Assembly (NCBI GenBank): GCA_050250895.1
Contig: JBFWNU010000007.1
Location: 1 to 64,000, forward strand
Origin: Vulcanimicrobiota bacterium
Lineage (GTDB): Bacteria; Vulcanimicrobiota; Xenobia; Xenobiales; JADMJV01
Reading direction: 5' to 3'
Length of the DNA stretch: 64,000 nucleotides
The translations under genes were made by a program, and so were the position numbers. Of this stretch, positions 10,939-20,600 are shown one piece after another (position 1 is the stretch's first letter; each line of letters begins with the position of its first letter). Below the pieces are notes generated by a model. That model saw only the letters and a list, made by a program, of their open reading frames with translations. It had not been told where the DNA came from and made no database searches.

Positions 10939-11678
10939 CAGGGCGTGGTGTCTTCGGGGCGGTAGGTGCGCGCGCAGGTGACGATTTCGTTGGCCAACCG
11001 GCTCGCCCAGCCAGGGATGGCCATCTCCTGCCCGGTGGGACCGATGAAGCCGTGCCGTTGGTAGGCCATCATGATAAAGCCGGCCATCCCCAGGACGCGC
11101 TGAATGCGCTCGACCGTGAAGCAATGCAGGCTGAGGCTGAGGGAGCGACCGGTGAGGCGCTCGTAGGCGCGAGCAAGACCGAAGCAGCGGTCGGCGCCTA
11201 AAGTGTTGGGCACGCTCAGCACCAGCGTGCCTCCCGGTTTCAGCAGACGGTTGAGGATGGCCAGCGCCTTGAACGGGTTTTCCTGGTATTCTAGAAAAGC
11301 CAGGCCGGCGATGCCGTCGTAGCTGGCCTTGGAAAGGCCCATGGTCACCACGTCACCCTGTTCGAAGCGGCACTCATGGTCGGTCAGTTCCAGCCGACGG
11401 CGCCCCTGTTCGGCCTGTTGGACCATGGCCGGCGAGATGTCGATACCATGGACGCAATAACCGCGTTGCGCCAGTTCGAGCGAAAGCGAGCCGGTGCCGC
11501 AGCCGGCATCCAGGATTTTGGCCCCGGGCTGAAGGTGGTCGCGAAAGTAGCCCATGGCCAACGAGCGGCGCCGTTGCAACAGACGACCCAGGGCGTCGGG
11601 TCGAGGATCTTCGTAGTAGCGGCAATAGTCGGGAGCCAGGCGATCAAAGTGGTCGCGGAGTTTTTCGCAGCGAGACAT
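10938..11678 (-). CDS. Class I SAM-dependent methyltransferase
   Basis: ILDAGCGTG, GIDISPAMV, LKPGG. Confidence 0.9.
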   Translation of the reverse strand: MSRCEKLRDHFDRLAPDYCRYYEDPRPDALGRLLQRRRSLAMGYFRDHLQPGAKILDAGCGTGSLSLELAQRGYCVHGIDISPAMVQQAEQGRRRLELTDHECRFEQGDVVTMGLSKASYDGIAGLAFLEYQENPFKALAILNRLLKPGGTLVLSVPNTLGADRCFGLARAYERLTGRSLSLSLHCFTVERIQRVLGMAGFIMMAYQRHGFIGPTGQEMAIPGWASRLANEIVTCARTYRPEDTTP

Positions 11679-11793
11679 CGGAAGGCCGCCTTCGTCGCCA
11701 AGCGGAAGTTCCCTAGTTAGAGGGAACTCACGAAGGAAAAAGTAGTTGGAAATGCAATATCAATGGCCTTGACGCCAACATCGGACGGAAAGC

Positions 11794-12315
11794 ATGCGGT
11801 CTGACGACGAACTAGTCAAAGATTTCCTGGGTGGCCAGAAGAGCGCCTTCGAAGAGCTCTACGCTCGCTATTCATGTAGGATTTTTGCCTTTTTGGTGAC
11901 CGAGGTGGGGCGGTGCTGGGCCGAAGACTTGCTGCAAGAGACCTTTTCGCGAGTCTTGACCTCGTTGCATCGCTATCAAGCCTGCGGCAAATTCTCGTCG
12001 TATCTCTATCAGATCGCCAAGAACCTGGCTCGCGATATGCAGAGGCGGGCTTACCGAGCCATCCCCATCGACGAACTCGACGGCCAGGCCCATCCCACCG
12101 AGGAACTCGAGACGCACATCGATATCGCCACCGTGCGCAGCGCTCTCAAGACGCTCAGTCTCGAGCAGCGCCAGGTGGTACTGTTGCGCGAGTATGTGGG
12201 GCTGTCGTTCAAGGAGATCGCCAACCTGATCGAGCGCCCCCTCGGCACGGTGTTATCCCAAATGCATCGGGCCGTTCATCGCCTGCGTTCGCGGCTGGCG
12301 GTGCAGGGCGAATAG
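11794..12315 (+). CDS. ECF sigma factor
   Basis: AEDLLQETF region 2; region 4 LSFKEIA...GTVLSQMHRA. Confidence 0.92.
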   Translation: MRSDDELVKDFLGGQKSAFEELYARYSCRIFAFLVTEVGRCWAEDLLQETFSRVLTSLHRYQACGKFSSYLYQIAKNLARDMQRRAYRAIPIDELDGQAHPTEELETHIDIATVRSALKTLSLEQRQVVLLREYVGLSFKEIANLIERPLGTVLSQMHRAVHRLRSRLAVQGE

Positions 12316-12373
12316 ACCGGATGGAAAAGATTCTCGGCAGAACGCTGCCGTTAGCGTGGGAAGGGAGACAGTC

Positions 12374-12739
12374 GTGGACGCTCAGAACAAAGAGATTATC
12401 AAGAGTCTGGTCAAGATGGCCTGGGCCGACGGAGAGGTCAGTGGCAAAGAGCAAGAGCTGCTCGCCGCCATTCTCCTCAAGATGGGCTGCAGTGAAGAAG
12501 AAGTGGACGGTCTGGGCGAGGCACCCGAAGAAGACCCGTGCCTCGACGAGGTGCTGCCCGATAAAGAGTCACGCCTGAACATCATGCGCGCCTTGATGAC
12601 GATGTCGTTTGTCGACGGGATTCTCAGCTTTGACGAGTTCGCCTATATCAACCGGTTGGCCGAGCAACTCGACATCAGCAACGACGAACTCGAGACGCTG
12701 CGCCAGGAGGCGCTGGTGGCCGCCGACGACTACGCCTGA
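12374..12739 (+). CDS. TerB-family protein
   Basis: MAWADGEVSGKE and MSFVDGILSFDE duplicated motifs; GGGAG SD before GTG. Confidence 0.8.
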   Translation: MDAQNKEIIKSLVKMAWADGEVSGKEQELLAAILLKMGCSEEEVDGLGEAPEEDPCLDEVLPDKESRLNIMRALMTMSFVDGILSFDEFAYINRLAEQLDISNDELETLRQEALVAADDYA

Positions 12740-13590
12740 GCGGCGAAGTTGAGATCGTCGGTGATGACCCCCCCGACGGCCGTGAGGCCCAGGAACTTCT
12801 GGACCTGGTCGACTTTGTTGACGGTGTAAGGAAAGACTCGTTGTTGCCTTTTGGCAGCCAGTTTGTCGAGCTGTCTGCCCATCAGGGATGCGTTGGGGAC
12901 CAGAATCTGGGACCCTTCGGTTTGGGCCAGGGCCCGGTCCAGAGCCACATGTTTGGCGATCAGCCCGGCCGCCAGTCCGCTGGCGAGACTGCCGGCGGCC
13001 ACGGCCGCCAGAGGCACGGGCAGCGCCAGGCCGAGGCCTGCGGCCAGGGCTGCTGTAGAGGCGGCTGCGATGGCCGCCTTCTTGAAGATGGGCTTCGCCT
13101 GGACTACCACCCCGGTGGTGAATTCGGGTGCTTGCTCTCGCAGTTGCTTGATAAAACCTGCGTCGGCCGAGGTCACCCAGAAGTCCCGAGCTTGATGCTG
13201 GCGCAACTCGGCTAGCAGCAGCTCTCTTACCTGGGGACGAGTGTCCTTTACCTCGATATTGAGGGGCATCGTGCCTCGAGCCCAGTCGAGCACCTGGCCG
13301 AGGGTGGGGATCCTCTCGCCCTGGAAGGCGGCATCGAATTTCGAGCCGGCATCGAGCCTGTCGAGTTCCTCCGACGTAAGGTCGCTGATCTTGCCGGACC
13401 CGTCGGTGGTGCGATCGACGGTTTCGTCGTGGATCACCCGCAAGACGCCGTCTTTGCTGGAGCGGATGTCGAATTCGATGCGATCCACACCGGCCTCGGC
13501 GGCCTGGCGCATGGCGGCCATCGTGTTCTCGGGTGCGGTTAGCCGCGTACCTCTGTGACCGATGACCTCTCTCTGGTTGTGGATGAACAT
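12730..13590 (-). CDS. Glycerophosphodiester phosphodiesterase
   Basis: IGHRG, PENTM, EFDIR, HDETVDRTT, NIEVK, GVITDD. Confidence 0.9.
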   Translation of the reverse strand: MFIHNQREVIGHRGTRLTAPENTMAAMRQAAEAGVDRIEFDIRSSKDGVLRVIHDETVDRTTDGSGKISDLTSEELDRLDAGSKFDAAFQGERIPTLGQVLDWARGTMPLNIEVKDTRPQVRELLLAELRQHQARDFWVTSADAGFIKQLREQAPEFTTGVVVQAKPIFKKAAIAAASTAALAAGLGLALPVPLAAVAAGSLASGLAAGLIAKHVALDRALAQTEGSQILVPNASLMGRQLDKLAAKRQQRVFPYTVNKVDQVQKFLGLTAVGGVITDDLNFAAQA

Positions 13591-14666
13591 GCCCCCACTT
13601 TAGCCGTCTCGGCTGAAAGATTTCTGATTGATTCGACCGCTTGCTCGTCGCTGAGGCTGGTGAGCAAGCAGTTGGCCAGAGAGCGGTGGATAGATTCGTC
13701 CGGGCTGGTCAGGACCTGTTCGAGCGGGTCGTCGGCCGGGGGGCCGTCGTGGCGAGTCTGTAATAGGGGGTGCTCCAGGGCCTGCTGGGCATATTCACCC
13801 TGGGGATAGGGGCGATAGCGGCTAAAGAAGCTGAAGTGCCAGCCGAGAAAGTAGGTCGATCGGTTGTGGCCGATCTCGTCGTTGCCGAAGTGGTCCAGAA
13901 AGTAGCCGGCCAGGCGCCGATAAATCGCGATGCGCTGCCCGGCCGACGGTAAGAGCTCTCGCCCCTCGCGCAGCTCTTGAAAAAGCCACGGCTTGATCAA
14001 AGCCCCCCGCGCCAGCATCACCGAACTCAAGCCGGAAAGCGTTTTGCGGTGCTCGGCTTCGTAATGGGTTAGAATGTCGCCATTGCCGATGACGACCGGA
14101 CGGCGTTCGGCTCCGATGCGACCGACCAGCTCCCAGTCGGCGGCCCGGGTATAGCGTTGCTCGCGGCTGCGACCGTGGATGGTGATGGCGGCGACGCCCG
14201 CGTCTTCGGCCATCTTCGAGGTCTCGTCGATGTTGAGCTGGCTGTCCTTGAAGCCGGTCCGCAGTTTGACCGTGACCGGCACTTTCAAGTTGGTCGCCAT
14301 CAGGCTCAGAATACTCTCGAGATTGCGGGTCTTTTGCAGCAGGCGAGCGCCCATGCCCCGCTTGACCGTGTCGTGGATGGGGCAGCCGCAGTTGAGGTCG
14401 ACATAGCGAGCCCCCGCCTCGACCGCCATCTGGGCGGCTTCCAGGGCGAGCTGGGGCTTGGCTGCGGCCAGTTGCACGCCGAAGTTGACTTCGCTGGGAT
14501 GGTGTCTGAGCAAAGCCTGCTCGCGGCGATTGCCCTTGATCAGCTGATGGGCGTAAATCATCTCCGAACAGGTCACGGTAGCGCCGAAATCGACGCAAAG
14601 TCGTCGGAAAGGTAGGTTGCCGCCCTTGGTGAGGGGAGCCAGCAGCGTTTGGTTGGCGAAGTCCAT
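13539..14666 (-). CDS. dus: tRNA-dihydrouridine synthase family protein
   Basis: LAPL, DLNCGCP, TVKLRTG, TIHGRSREQRY, GNGDI. Confidence 0.9.
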   Translation of the reverse strand: MDFANQTLLAPLTKGGNLPFRRLCVDFGATVTCSEMIYAHQLIKGNRREQALLRHHPSEVNFGVQLAAAKPQLALEAAQMAVEAGARYVDLNCGCPIHDTVKRGMGARLLQKTRNLESILSLMATNLKVPVTVKLRTGFKDSQLNIDETSKMAEDAGVAAITIHGRSREQRYTRAADWELVGRIGAERRPVVIGNGDILTHYEAEHRKTLSGLSSVMLARGALIKPWLFQELREGRELLPSAGQRIAIYRRLAGYFLDHFGNDEIGHNRSTYFLGWHFSFFSRYRPYPQGEYAQQALEHPLLQTRHDGPPADDPLEQVLTSPDESIHRSLANCLLTSLSDEQAVESIRNLSAETAKVGACSSTTRERSSVTEVRG

Positions 14667-14821
14667 CCCCGCCAATTGGGTCGCGAGACGAACTATCCTG
14701 CTTTTCCTGACAGCTGTCTGTGAACCGGATCCCGTTTGAATATAGGAAAAGGTGGTATAGTATAGAAGTTGTTGATTATCGAGTTCACGCCCCTTCGAGG
14801 GCAGAAGGTAGGAAGAATCCT

Positions 14822-15502
14822 ATGCGCTTAGACGTCACCAAGAGTGTGAAGTTCCCCCTCAACGACCCGAGCTGGCCGGTCAAACTCGGTATCGGCCTTC
14901 TGATGCAGCTGCTCGGGTTTTTGATCGTCCCGATGCTGGCTTTCTCTGGCTATATGCTGCAGGTCGTTCGTGATGCCGCCAACGGCAACGACGAGAACAT
15001 GCCCGAATGGGGTGACTGGGGACGGTTGATCATGCAGGGCCTGATGGTGAGTCTGGCCTGGCTGATCTACATGCTGATTCCTCTTGGCATGATCTTCTTC
15101 GGCATGGGTTCCTTCATCGCTTCCATCATTTTCGGCGCCAGCCGCGATTCCGCCGTCACGGGACTGGCGGGTGGTGCCATGTCGCTGGGCATCGGCGGAG
15201 TCGGCCTGATCCTGCTGCTGATCGTTTGCTGCCTGTTGCCGGCGCTGATGATCCGCTACGCCACCTCGGGCGACTTCGGCTCGTTCTTCCAGGTCGGACA
15301 GGCGGTATCCGACATCATGACCTCTCCCATCGACTACCTGATGGTGGTCATCGTGCCCATCGGCCTGAGTGGAGCCTTCTCGTTCGTGGTCGGTTTGACC
15401 GGCGGACTGCTGGCCATCCTGAGCCCGGTTTTCGTGGTCATCACCAGCCTGGTCGGTGCCCACCTGGCCGGCGACTACTACCGCAACTGTCTGCAGAGCT
15501 AA
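14822..15502 (+). CDS. DUF4013-like membrane protein
   Basis: GYMLQVVR...MPEWGDWG motif; four hydrophobic segments. Confidence 0.75.
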   Translation: MRLDVTKSVKFPLNDPSWPVKLGIGLLMQLLGFLIVPMLAFSGYMLQVVRDAANGNDENMPEWGDWGRLIMQGLMVSLAWLIYMLIPLGMIFFGMGSFIASIIFGASRDSAVTGLAGGAMSLGIGGVGLILLLIVCCLLPALMIRYATSGDFGSFFQVGQAVSDIMTSPIDYLMVVIVPIGLSGAFSFVVGLTGGLLAILSPVFVVITSLVGAHLAGDYYRNCLQS

Positions 15503-15519
15503 GGCTGATATCCAAGCCA

Positions 15520-15549
15520 GAAGGGCGTCCCACCCGGGGCGCCTTTTTT
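15520..15549 (+). terminator. Intrinsic terminator
   Basis: GAAGGGCGTCCC-ACCC-GGGGCGCCTTTTTT. Confidence 0.75.
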
Positions 15550-15551
15550 CG

Positions 15552-16772
15552 TTAGGGAGTCAGCAATTCGCTGACGCCCTGATAGGCAAAAAACAGCAGG
15601 GTTCCCACCAGCACGAGGTTGGTGAGCCAGTTGTTGCGGAACTCGCCCACCCAGTCGCGGCGATTGTTCATCAGCAACAGGGTGACCGCCAACAGCGGCA
15701 TGAACATCGCACCCAACACGGCATAGGCTACCTGAATCTGTTTGAGGCTAAAGCTCTGCAGGCCCAGCGGAAGCAAAGCCAACCCCAGCAGGTAATAGCG
15801 GTAGGTTGGCGTGCGAGTCAGGTCGTCGGCACTGATCTTGAGCCCGCGACTGCGGGAGAAATAGTCGGCCGCCAGATAAGGCACGCCCTGCCAGACACCT
15901 AGCAGACTCGAAAACACAGCCGCCCAAAAGCCCACCAGAAACAGATAACGTCCAGGTTCTCCCAGCAAGCCGGCCAGCAAATCGGCCAGGACCACGGCCA
16001 CCTGGGCTCCCTTGCCGTCGAGGGTCACCCGCGATCCGATGACGACCATGGCCATTCCGAAGACTGCCGTCATGGCGTAGCCTACCGACAGGTCGAGGCG
16101 ACAAGCTTTTAGCCCGTCGACCCCTTCGCGCTCTTCTTCGTCGATCCAGTAGCCGTAAGAGAGCAGCGTTACCGTGCCCCCGACCCCGCCCAAAACTCCC
16201 AGAGTCAGGCCCAACCCGCCTTCCGGGACGCGGGGCCAACCCAACCCCGCCACCAGGCTGGACAGGTCGGCCCCCAGCCACAGGGCGGTCGAAACGACCG
16301 TGCAAAACATGGCCCCGATGCAAACGCTCATCAGCTTCTCGAAGGTCTTGAAGCCGCCCGCCAAGACCATGGCCAGTCCAACCAGCGAATGGATGACCCC
16401 CCACCAGAAGACCGGAACGGCCGGCACCAGGGCGGCCCCAGCGACTCCGCAGGCCTTGATCAGTGCTCCACCCACGAACAGAGTCCAGAGGAGCAGGTAA
16501 GGCACGAACAAGATCTGGATCCAGTTGCCCAGGCGGTCGAGCCAACCAGTGAGCAAAGTCGTCCCGGTGGCCATCTGCCAGCGCGCGATTCCCTCATTGA
16601 GAAACCATTTCAACAAGGCTCCCACCCAGGCCGCCCAGAGGATGCTCAGGCCCAACTTCGAGCCGGCCAGGGTTGCGTTGACCAGATCGCCAGCACCCAC
16701 GCCGGTGGCGGCCACCAGGATGCCCGGACCCAGACGGGCCATCCAGCCCCGGCTCTCTCGCTCGGCTTGCAT
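15552..16772 (-). CDS. NRAMP-family-like divalent cation transporter
   Basis: LGPGILVAATGVGAGDL N-terminal motif; about 11 TM segments. Confidence 0.8.
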   Translation of the reverse strand: MQAERESRGWMARLGPGILVAATGVGAGDLVNATLAGSKLGLSILWAAWVGALLKWFLNEGIARWQMATGTTLLTGWLDRLGNWIQILFVPYLLLWTLFVGGALIKACGVAGAALVPAVPVFWWGVIHSLVGLAMVLAGGFKTFEKLMSVCIGAMFCTVVSTALWLGADLSSLVAGLGWPRVPEGGLGLTLGVLGGVGGTVTLLSYGYWIDEEEREGVDGLKACRLDLSVGYAMTAVFGMAMVVIGSRVTLDGKGAQVAVVLADLLAGLLGEPGRYLFLVGFWAAVFSSLLGVWQGVPYLAADYFSRSRGLKISADDLTRTPTYRYYLLGLALLPLGLQSFSLKQIQVAYAVLGAMFMPLLAVTLLLMNNRRDWVGEFRNNWLTNLVLVGTLLFFAYQGVSELLTP

Positions 16773-16850
16773 GGTGCCGACTTGGTCGCCGCCGGCTCGG
16801 TTCCTCTCGGGCAGGAGCCTCTGCTTGGCCGAGGAACCCAGCCAGCGCCC

Positions 16851-19013
16851 ATGCAGTTGACCGTGAACGCCAAAGAGGACTTTTTTGGTGGCTTGACGGC
16901 CGCCGTGACCGCTCTGCCCCTGGCCATTGCCTTCGGTGTGCTAGCCCTGTCCCCGCTGGGTCCCGAGTATGCCTCGGTGGGAGCCCTGGCCGGACTCTAT
17001 GGGGCCATCTTTACCGGAATTTTCGCGGCTTTGTTTGGGGGGACAGCCTGTCAGGTCAGCGGTCCCACCGGGCCCATGACCACCGTTCTAACCACTTTCG
17101 TGGCCAGTCTGGTCGCCCTCGAGATCGAGGTCGAACTGTTGTTGGTGCTGACCTTCATGATGGTGACCATGGGCGGATGCGTTCAGTTGCTCTTTGGGGC
17201 CCTCAAGGTGGGCGGTCTGATCAAGTTCATCCCGTATCCCGTCATCGCCGGCTTTATGAACGGTATCGCCGTCATCATCTTTCTGGGGCAGGTCCGCCCC
17301 TTTCTGGGTCTTCCCAGCTTGACCGCCTGGACCGACGTGTTGCGCTTGCAGGGCTTGCAACCCTGGACTTTGCTGGTCGGCCTGGTCACGGTGGTGGCGG
17401 TGGTGGTCACCCCCAGGCTGACCAAGAAGGTGCCGGGCTCTCTCAGCGGTCTGGCCCTGGGCACTGTCTGCTACTATCTTTTGTCGGGCCGCGAGTTGGG
17501 ACCGGTGATTGGCGAGATTCCCACCGGCATCCCCACCCCCCATCGGTTGCTGGATTTTGCTGCTCTGGTGGGTAGCGGCGAGGTGGTGGCCTGGCTGCCG
17601 ACCCTGGTGCCGGCCGCTTTCGCTCTGGGCGTGCTGGGATCCATCGATAGCCTGCTGACATCGGTGGTGGCCGACACCGTCACCCGCACCCGCCACGACA
17701 GCAACCGCGAGCTTTTCGGACAGGGGATCGGCAACATCATCTCTGGCTGCTTTGGCGGGTTGGCCGGGGCCGGGGCCACGGTGCGCACCCTGGTCAACGT
17801 AGCCGCCGGTGGCCGGGGCCGCCTGTCGGGCATGGTCCACGGTCTGGTGCTGTTGGCGGTGCTCCTGGCCTTCGGGGGCCTGGCCGGTAAGATTCCCAAG
17901 GTGGTGCTGGCCGGTATCCTGTTGGTGACCGCCGTGGGCATGGTCGACCGCTGGAGTAGCCGCCTGATTTGGAAGCTGACCGGTACTGCCGAGCAGAAGC
18001 GCGAGATCGCCATCAATCTGGCGGTGGTGGTCGTGGTCACGGTGGTGACGGTGGCCGTCGACCTGATGGTGGCTGTGGCCATCGGCATCGTGATCGCCAG
18101 TTTTCTGTTTGTCGAGAAGATGAGCAAGGATGTGGTGCATCGTAGCTTTCGAGCCGACGTCATGCATAGCCGCCGGGTGTTGCCGCCCCACACCATGCAA
18201 GTGTTGAGTGAGCAAGGCAACAACACGCTGGTTTTCGAGTTGCAGGGTCCGCTTTTCTTCGGCACCGCCGACCGCCTGGCCACGGCCTTGACCGACACCG
18301 TCAACGACTCGATAGAGCGGGTGATCCTCGACTTTCGCCGGGTGCGCGAGATCGACGCGTCGGGAGCCAGAGTCCTGATTCTGATTCAGGAGTTGTTGTC
18401 GGATCAGGGTAAAAGGCTGGCCCTGGCGTCGCTGGACGAAGCCCGCAATGAATGGGGCTTTCTAGTCGACATGCGGGTGGTGGAGACGGTTGGCCGCGAG
18501 TTCATTTTCGGGGATCTCGACCAAGCGCTGGAATGGGCCGAGAACCTCATCCTCGACCAAACCGAAGTCGATGACCACGACTATGGGCCCCACCGGCTCG
18601 AGCAGCTAGAGATCCTGGCCCGATTTCAACCCGACGAGATCGAGACTCTCAAAGGCTATCTAGTGGCCGAGGAGTTCACTCAGGGGCAGACGGTGATCGA
18701 GAGGGGACACCAGGGGGATAGCCTCTATATCCTTACCGAGGGCTCGCTGAGCGTGCATCGAGAGCAGCGGCGCGTCGCCACCTATGGGCCTGGTTCCCTG
18801 GTGGGCGAGATGGCTGTCCTGGAAGGACTCGAGCGAGGGGCTGACGTCAAGGCCGACCGCCCGGCCCGGGCCTATCGGCTGGACCGGGCCCGCCTCGAAG
18901 AACTGACCGCCACGCATCCAGGTATAGCCGCCAAGTTTTTGTGGAATATCGGGGCTGAGCTTTCGGCGCGCTTGCGCTGGACAGCCCGAGAAATCGAGTG
19001 CCTGGAGGCCTGA
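16851..19013 (+). CDS. SulP anion transporter with STAS and cyclic-nucleotide-binding domains
   Basis: ALPLAIAFG, SGPTGPM, NRELFGQGIGN, LQGPLFFGTA (STAS), VGEMAVL (cNMP). Confidence 0.92.
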   Translation: MQLTVNAKEDFFGGLTAAVTALPLAIAFGVLALSPLGPEYASVGALAGLYGAIFTGIFAALFGGTACQVSGPTGPMTTVLTTFVASLVALEIEVELLLVLTFMMVTMGGCVQLLFGALKVGGLIKFIPYPVIAGFMNGIAVIIFLGQVRPFLGLPSLTAWTDVLRLQGLQPWTLLVGLVTVVAVVVTPRLTKKVPGSLSGLALGTVCYYLLSGRELGPVIGEIPTGIPTPHRLLDFAALVGSGEVVAWLPTLVPAAFALGVLGSIDSLLTSVVADTVTRTRHDSNRELFGQGIGNIISGCFGGLAGAGATVRTLVNVAAGGRGRLSGMVHGLVLLAVLLAFGGLAGKIPKVVLAGILLVTAVGMVDRWSSRLIWKLTGTAEQKREIAINLAVVVVVTVVTVAVDLMVAVAIGIVIASFLFVEKMSKDVVHRSFRADVMHSRRVLPPHTMQVLSEQGNNTLVFELQGPLFFGTADRLATALTDTVNDSIERVILDFRRVREIDASGARVLILIQELLSDQGKRLALASLDEARNEWGFLVDMRVVETVGREFIFGDLDQALEWAENLILDQTEVDDHDYGPHRLEQLEILARFQPDEIETLKGYLVAEEFTQGQTVIERGHQGDSLYILTEGSLSVHREQRRVATYGPGSLVGEMAVLEGLERGADVKADRPARAYRLDRARLEELTATHPGIAAKFLWNIGAELSARLRWTAREIECLEA

Positions 19014-19330
19014 TGAGTATCAAAGAAGTCGATCCCAAGACCGCCCAGCAGATGCTGGCGTCCGACCCCCAACTGCAGTTGCTGGATGTGCGCGAGCCCT
19101 GGGAATACGAGCAAGCCCATATCCCGGGAGCGCGCTTGATTCCGCTGGGCGAGGTGCCGAGCCGCTATAGCGAACTCGACGCTGCGCGTCCGGTGCTGTG
19201 CGTCTGTGCTGGCGGCGTGCGTTCGATGAAAGCGGCCGAGTTTCTGGCCGGTCACGGATTCACGGTGACCAATCTAGGCGGGGGCACCAAAGGTTGGATG
19301 AGTGACCAGCTTCCGGTAGAGTCAGCTTAG
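19013..19330 (+). CDS. Rhodanese-like protein
   Basis: LLDVREPWEY, HIPGA, CAGGVRS, NLGGG. Confidence 0.9.
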   Translation: MSIKEVDPKTAQQMLASDPQLQLLDVREPWEYEQAHIPGARLIPLGEVPSRYSELDAARPVLCVCAGGVRSMKAAEFLAGHGFTVTNLGGGTKGWMSDQLPVESA

Positions 19331-20530
19331 CCCGGTCATCTGCAAGAAGGGCAAGCCCATCACGATGATGATCAGGGCTACCGCCAGACCGACCACCACC
19401 ATGATGATCGGCTGGATGGTCGAAGCGAAGCCCTCGAGGGCGTTGTACACCTTGAGTTCGTAGACATCGGCCACCTTATGCAGCATGCGGTCGATGTCGC
19501 CGGATTCTTCGCCGGCCGCGATCATTCCGATGGCCAGGCGAGTAAAGTGGGGAGAGTCGCGCAGGCAGGTGCTGAGCTGTTCGCCGCTTTTCACCCGCCC
19601 GGTGATACTGAGGATCTCGTTACCCACTACCCGGTTGCCGACCGTGTCCGAGGCCAATTCCAGAGAGTCGAGCACGGCGATGCCGCTGGCGTAAAGGGTG
19701 GCCAGGGTGCGGCTGAAGCGAGCTGTGTACAGCAGTCGATACAGTTCGCTCACCACCGGCAGGCGAAGGCGGATACTGTCGAGCACCGTCTGGCCTTTTT
19801 CACCGCTAAAGAACCGGGCTACGAAGTAGAGCAGAGCGATGACCAGCGGGATCAGGATGTAGATATTCGAGCCGAGCAGGCCTCCCACCACCACCACCAG
19901 GTTAGTGGCCCAGTGGATCTGCAAGCCGAGGCCGCCGTAGATCTCTTGCAAGAAGGGTACCGAGATGCCCATCAATCCGGTAATCAAAAAGAACGAAAAG
20001 ATGATTAACAGGGTGGGGTAGGTGAGGGCAGCTTTGACCTTCTCTTTGATTCCTTCGGTTTTCTCGGTGTAATCGGCCAGGCGTCGCAGCATCTCGGGCA
20101 GATTGCCCGAGCGTTCGCCGGCCTTGACCATGCTGCGATAGAAATCGTCGAAGACCTCAGGATGCTTGGTCAGCGCCTGGGATAGGGTCTGGCCCCCAGC
20201 GATGTCGTTGGAGAGGTCCGAGACGACGCGCCGCAGGGCCGGATGCTCGATGTCTTCATAGAGGATGTCCATCACTCGCTTCATCGAGATGCCGCCCTCG
20301 AGCATCGAGGCCAGGGCTTGCGAAAACCCAAGCAGGTCGTCACCTTTGACGGGAGTGATCCAATTGAGGAAACGCTGGATGTTGTCGGGGCTGACCACTT
20401 CGTCGAGTTGGACTACGTTGGCGTATTGCTGTTTTAGCATCGCCTCGGCTTGCTGGCGGTCGGGAGCCTCGAGGCGTCCTCGGTGTCGATTGTCGTCGGC
20501 GTCGCGCGCGCTATAGACGAACTCGGGCAA
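19322..20530 (-). CDS. pilC: Type II secretion/type IV pilus platform protein (PilC/GspF)
   Basis: MVKAGERSGNL, KAALTYP, AGEESG. Confidence 0.88.
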   Translation of the reverse strand: MPEFVYSARDADDNRHRGRLEAPDRQQAEAMLKQQYANVVQLDEVVSPDNIQRFLNWITPVKGDDLLGFSQALASMLEGGISMKRVMDILYEDIEHPALRRVVSDLSNDIAGGQTLSQALTKHPEVFDDFYRSMVKAGERSGNLPEMLRRLADYTEKTEGIKEKVKAALTYPTLLIIFSFFLITGLMGISVPFLQEIYGGLGLQIHWATNLVVVVGGLLGSNIYILIPLVIALLYFVARFFSGEKGQTVLDSIRLRLPVVSELYRLLYTARFSRTLATLYASGIAVLDSLELASDTVGNRVVGNEILSITGRVKSGEQLSTCLRDSPHFTRLAIGMIAAGEESGDIDRMLHKVADVYELKVYNALEGFASTIQPIIMVVVGLAVALIIIVMGLPFLQMTGLS

Positions 20531-20600
20531 TGGATCTAAGCCTTTCCTGAAGGTGTTTCAATACCTTCGGGCTCGGTAGAAATTCTCCCGTCCTGGTTGG

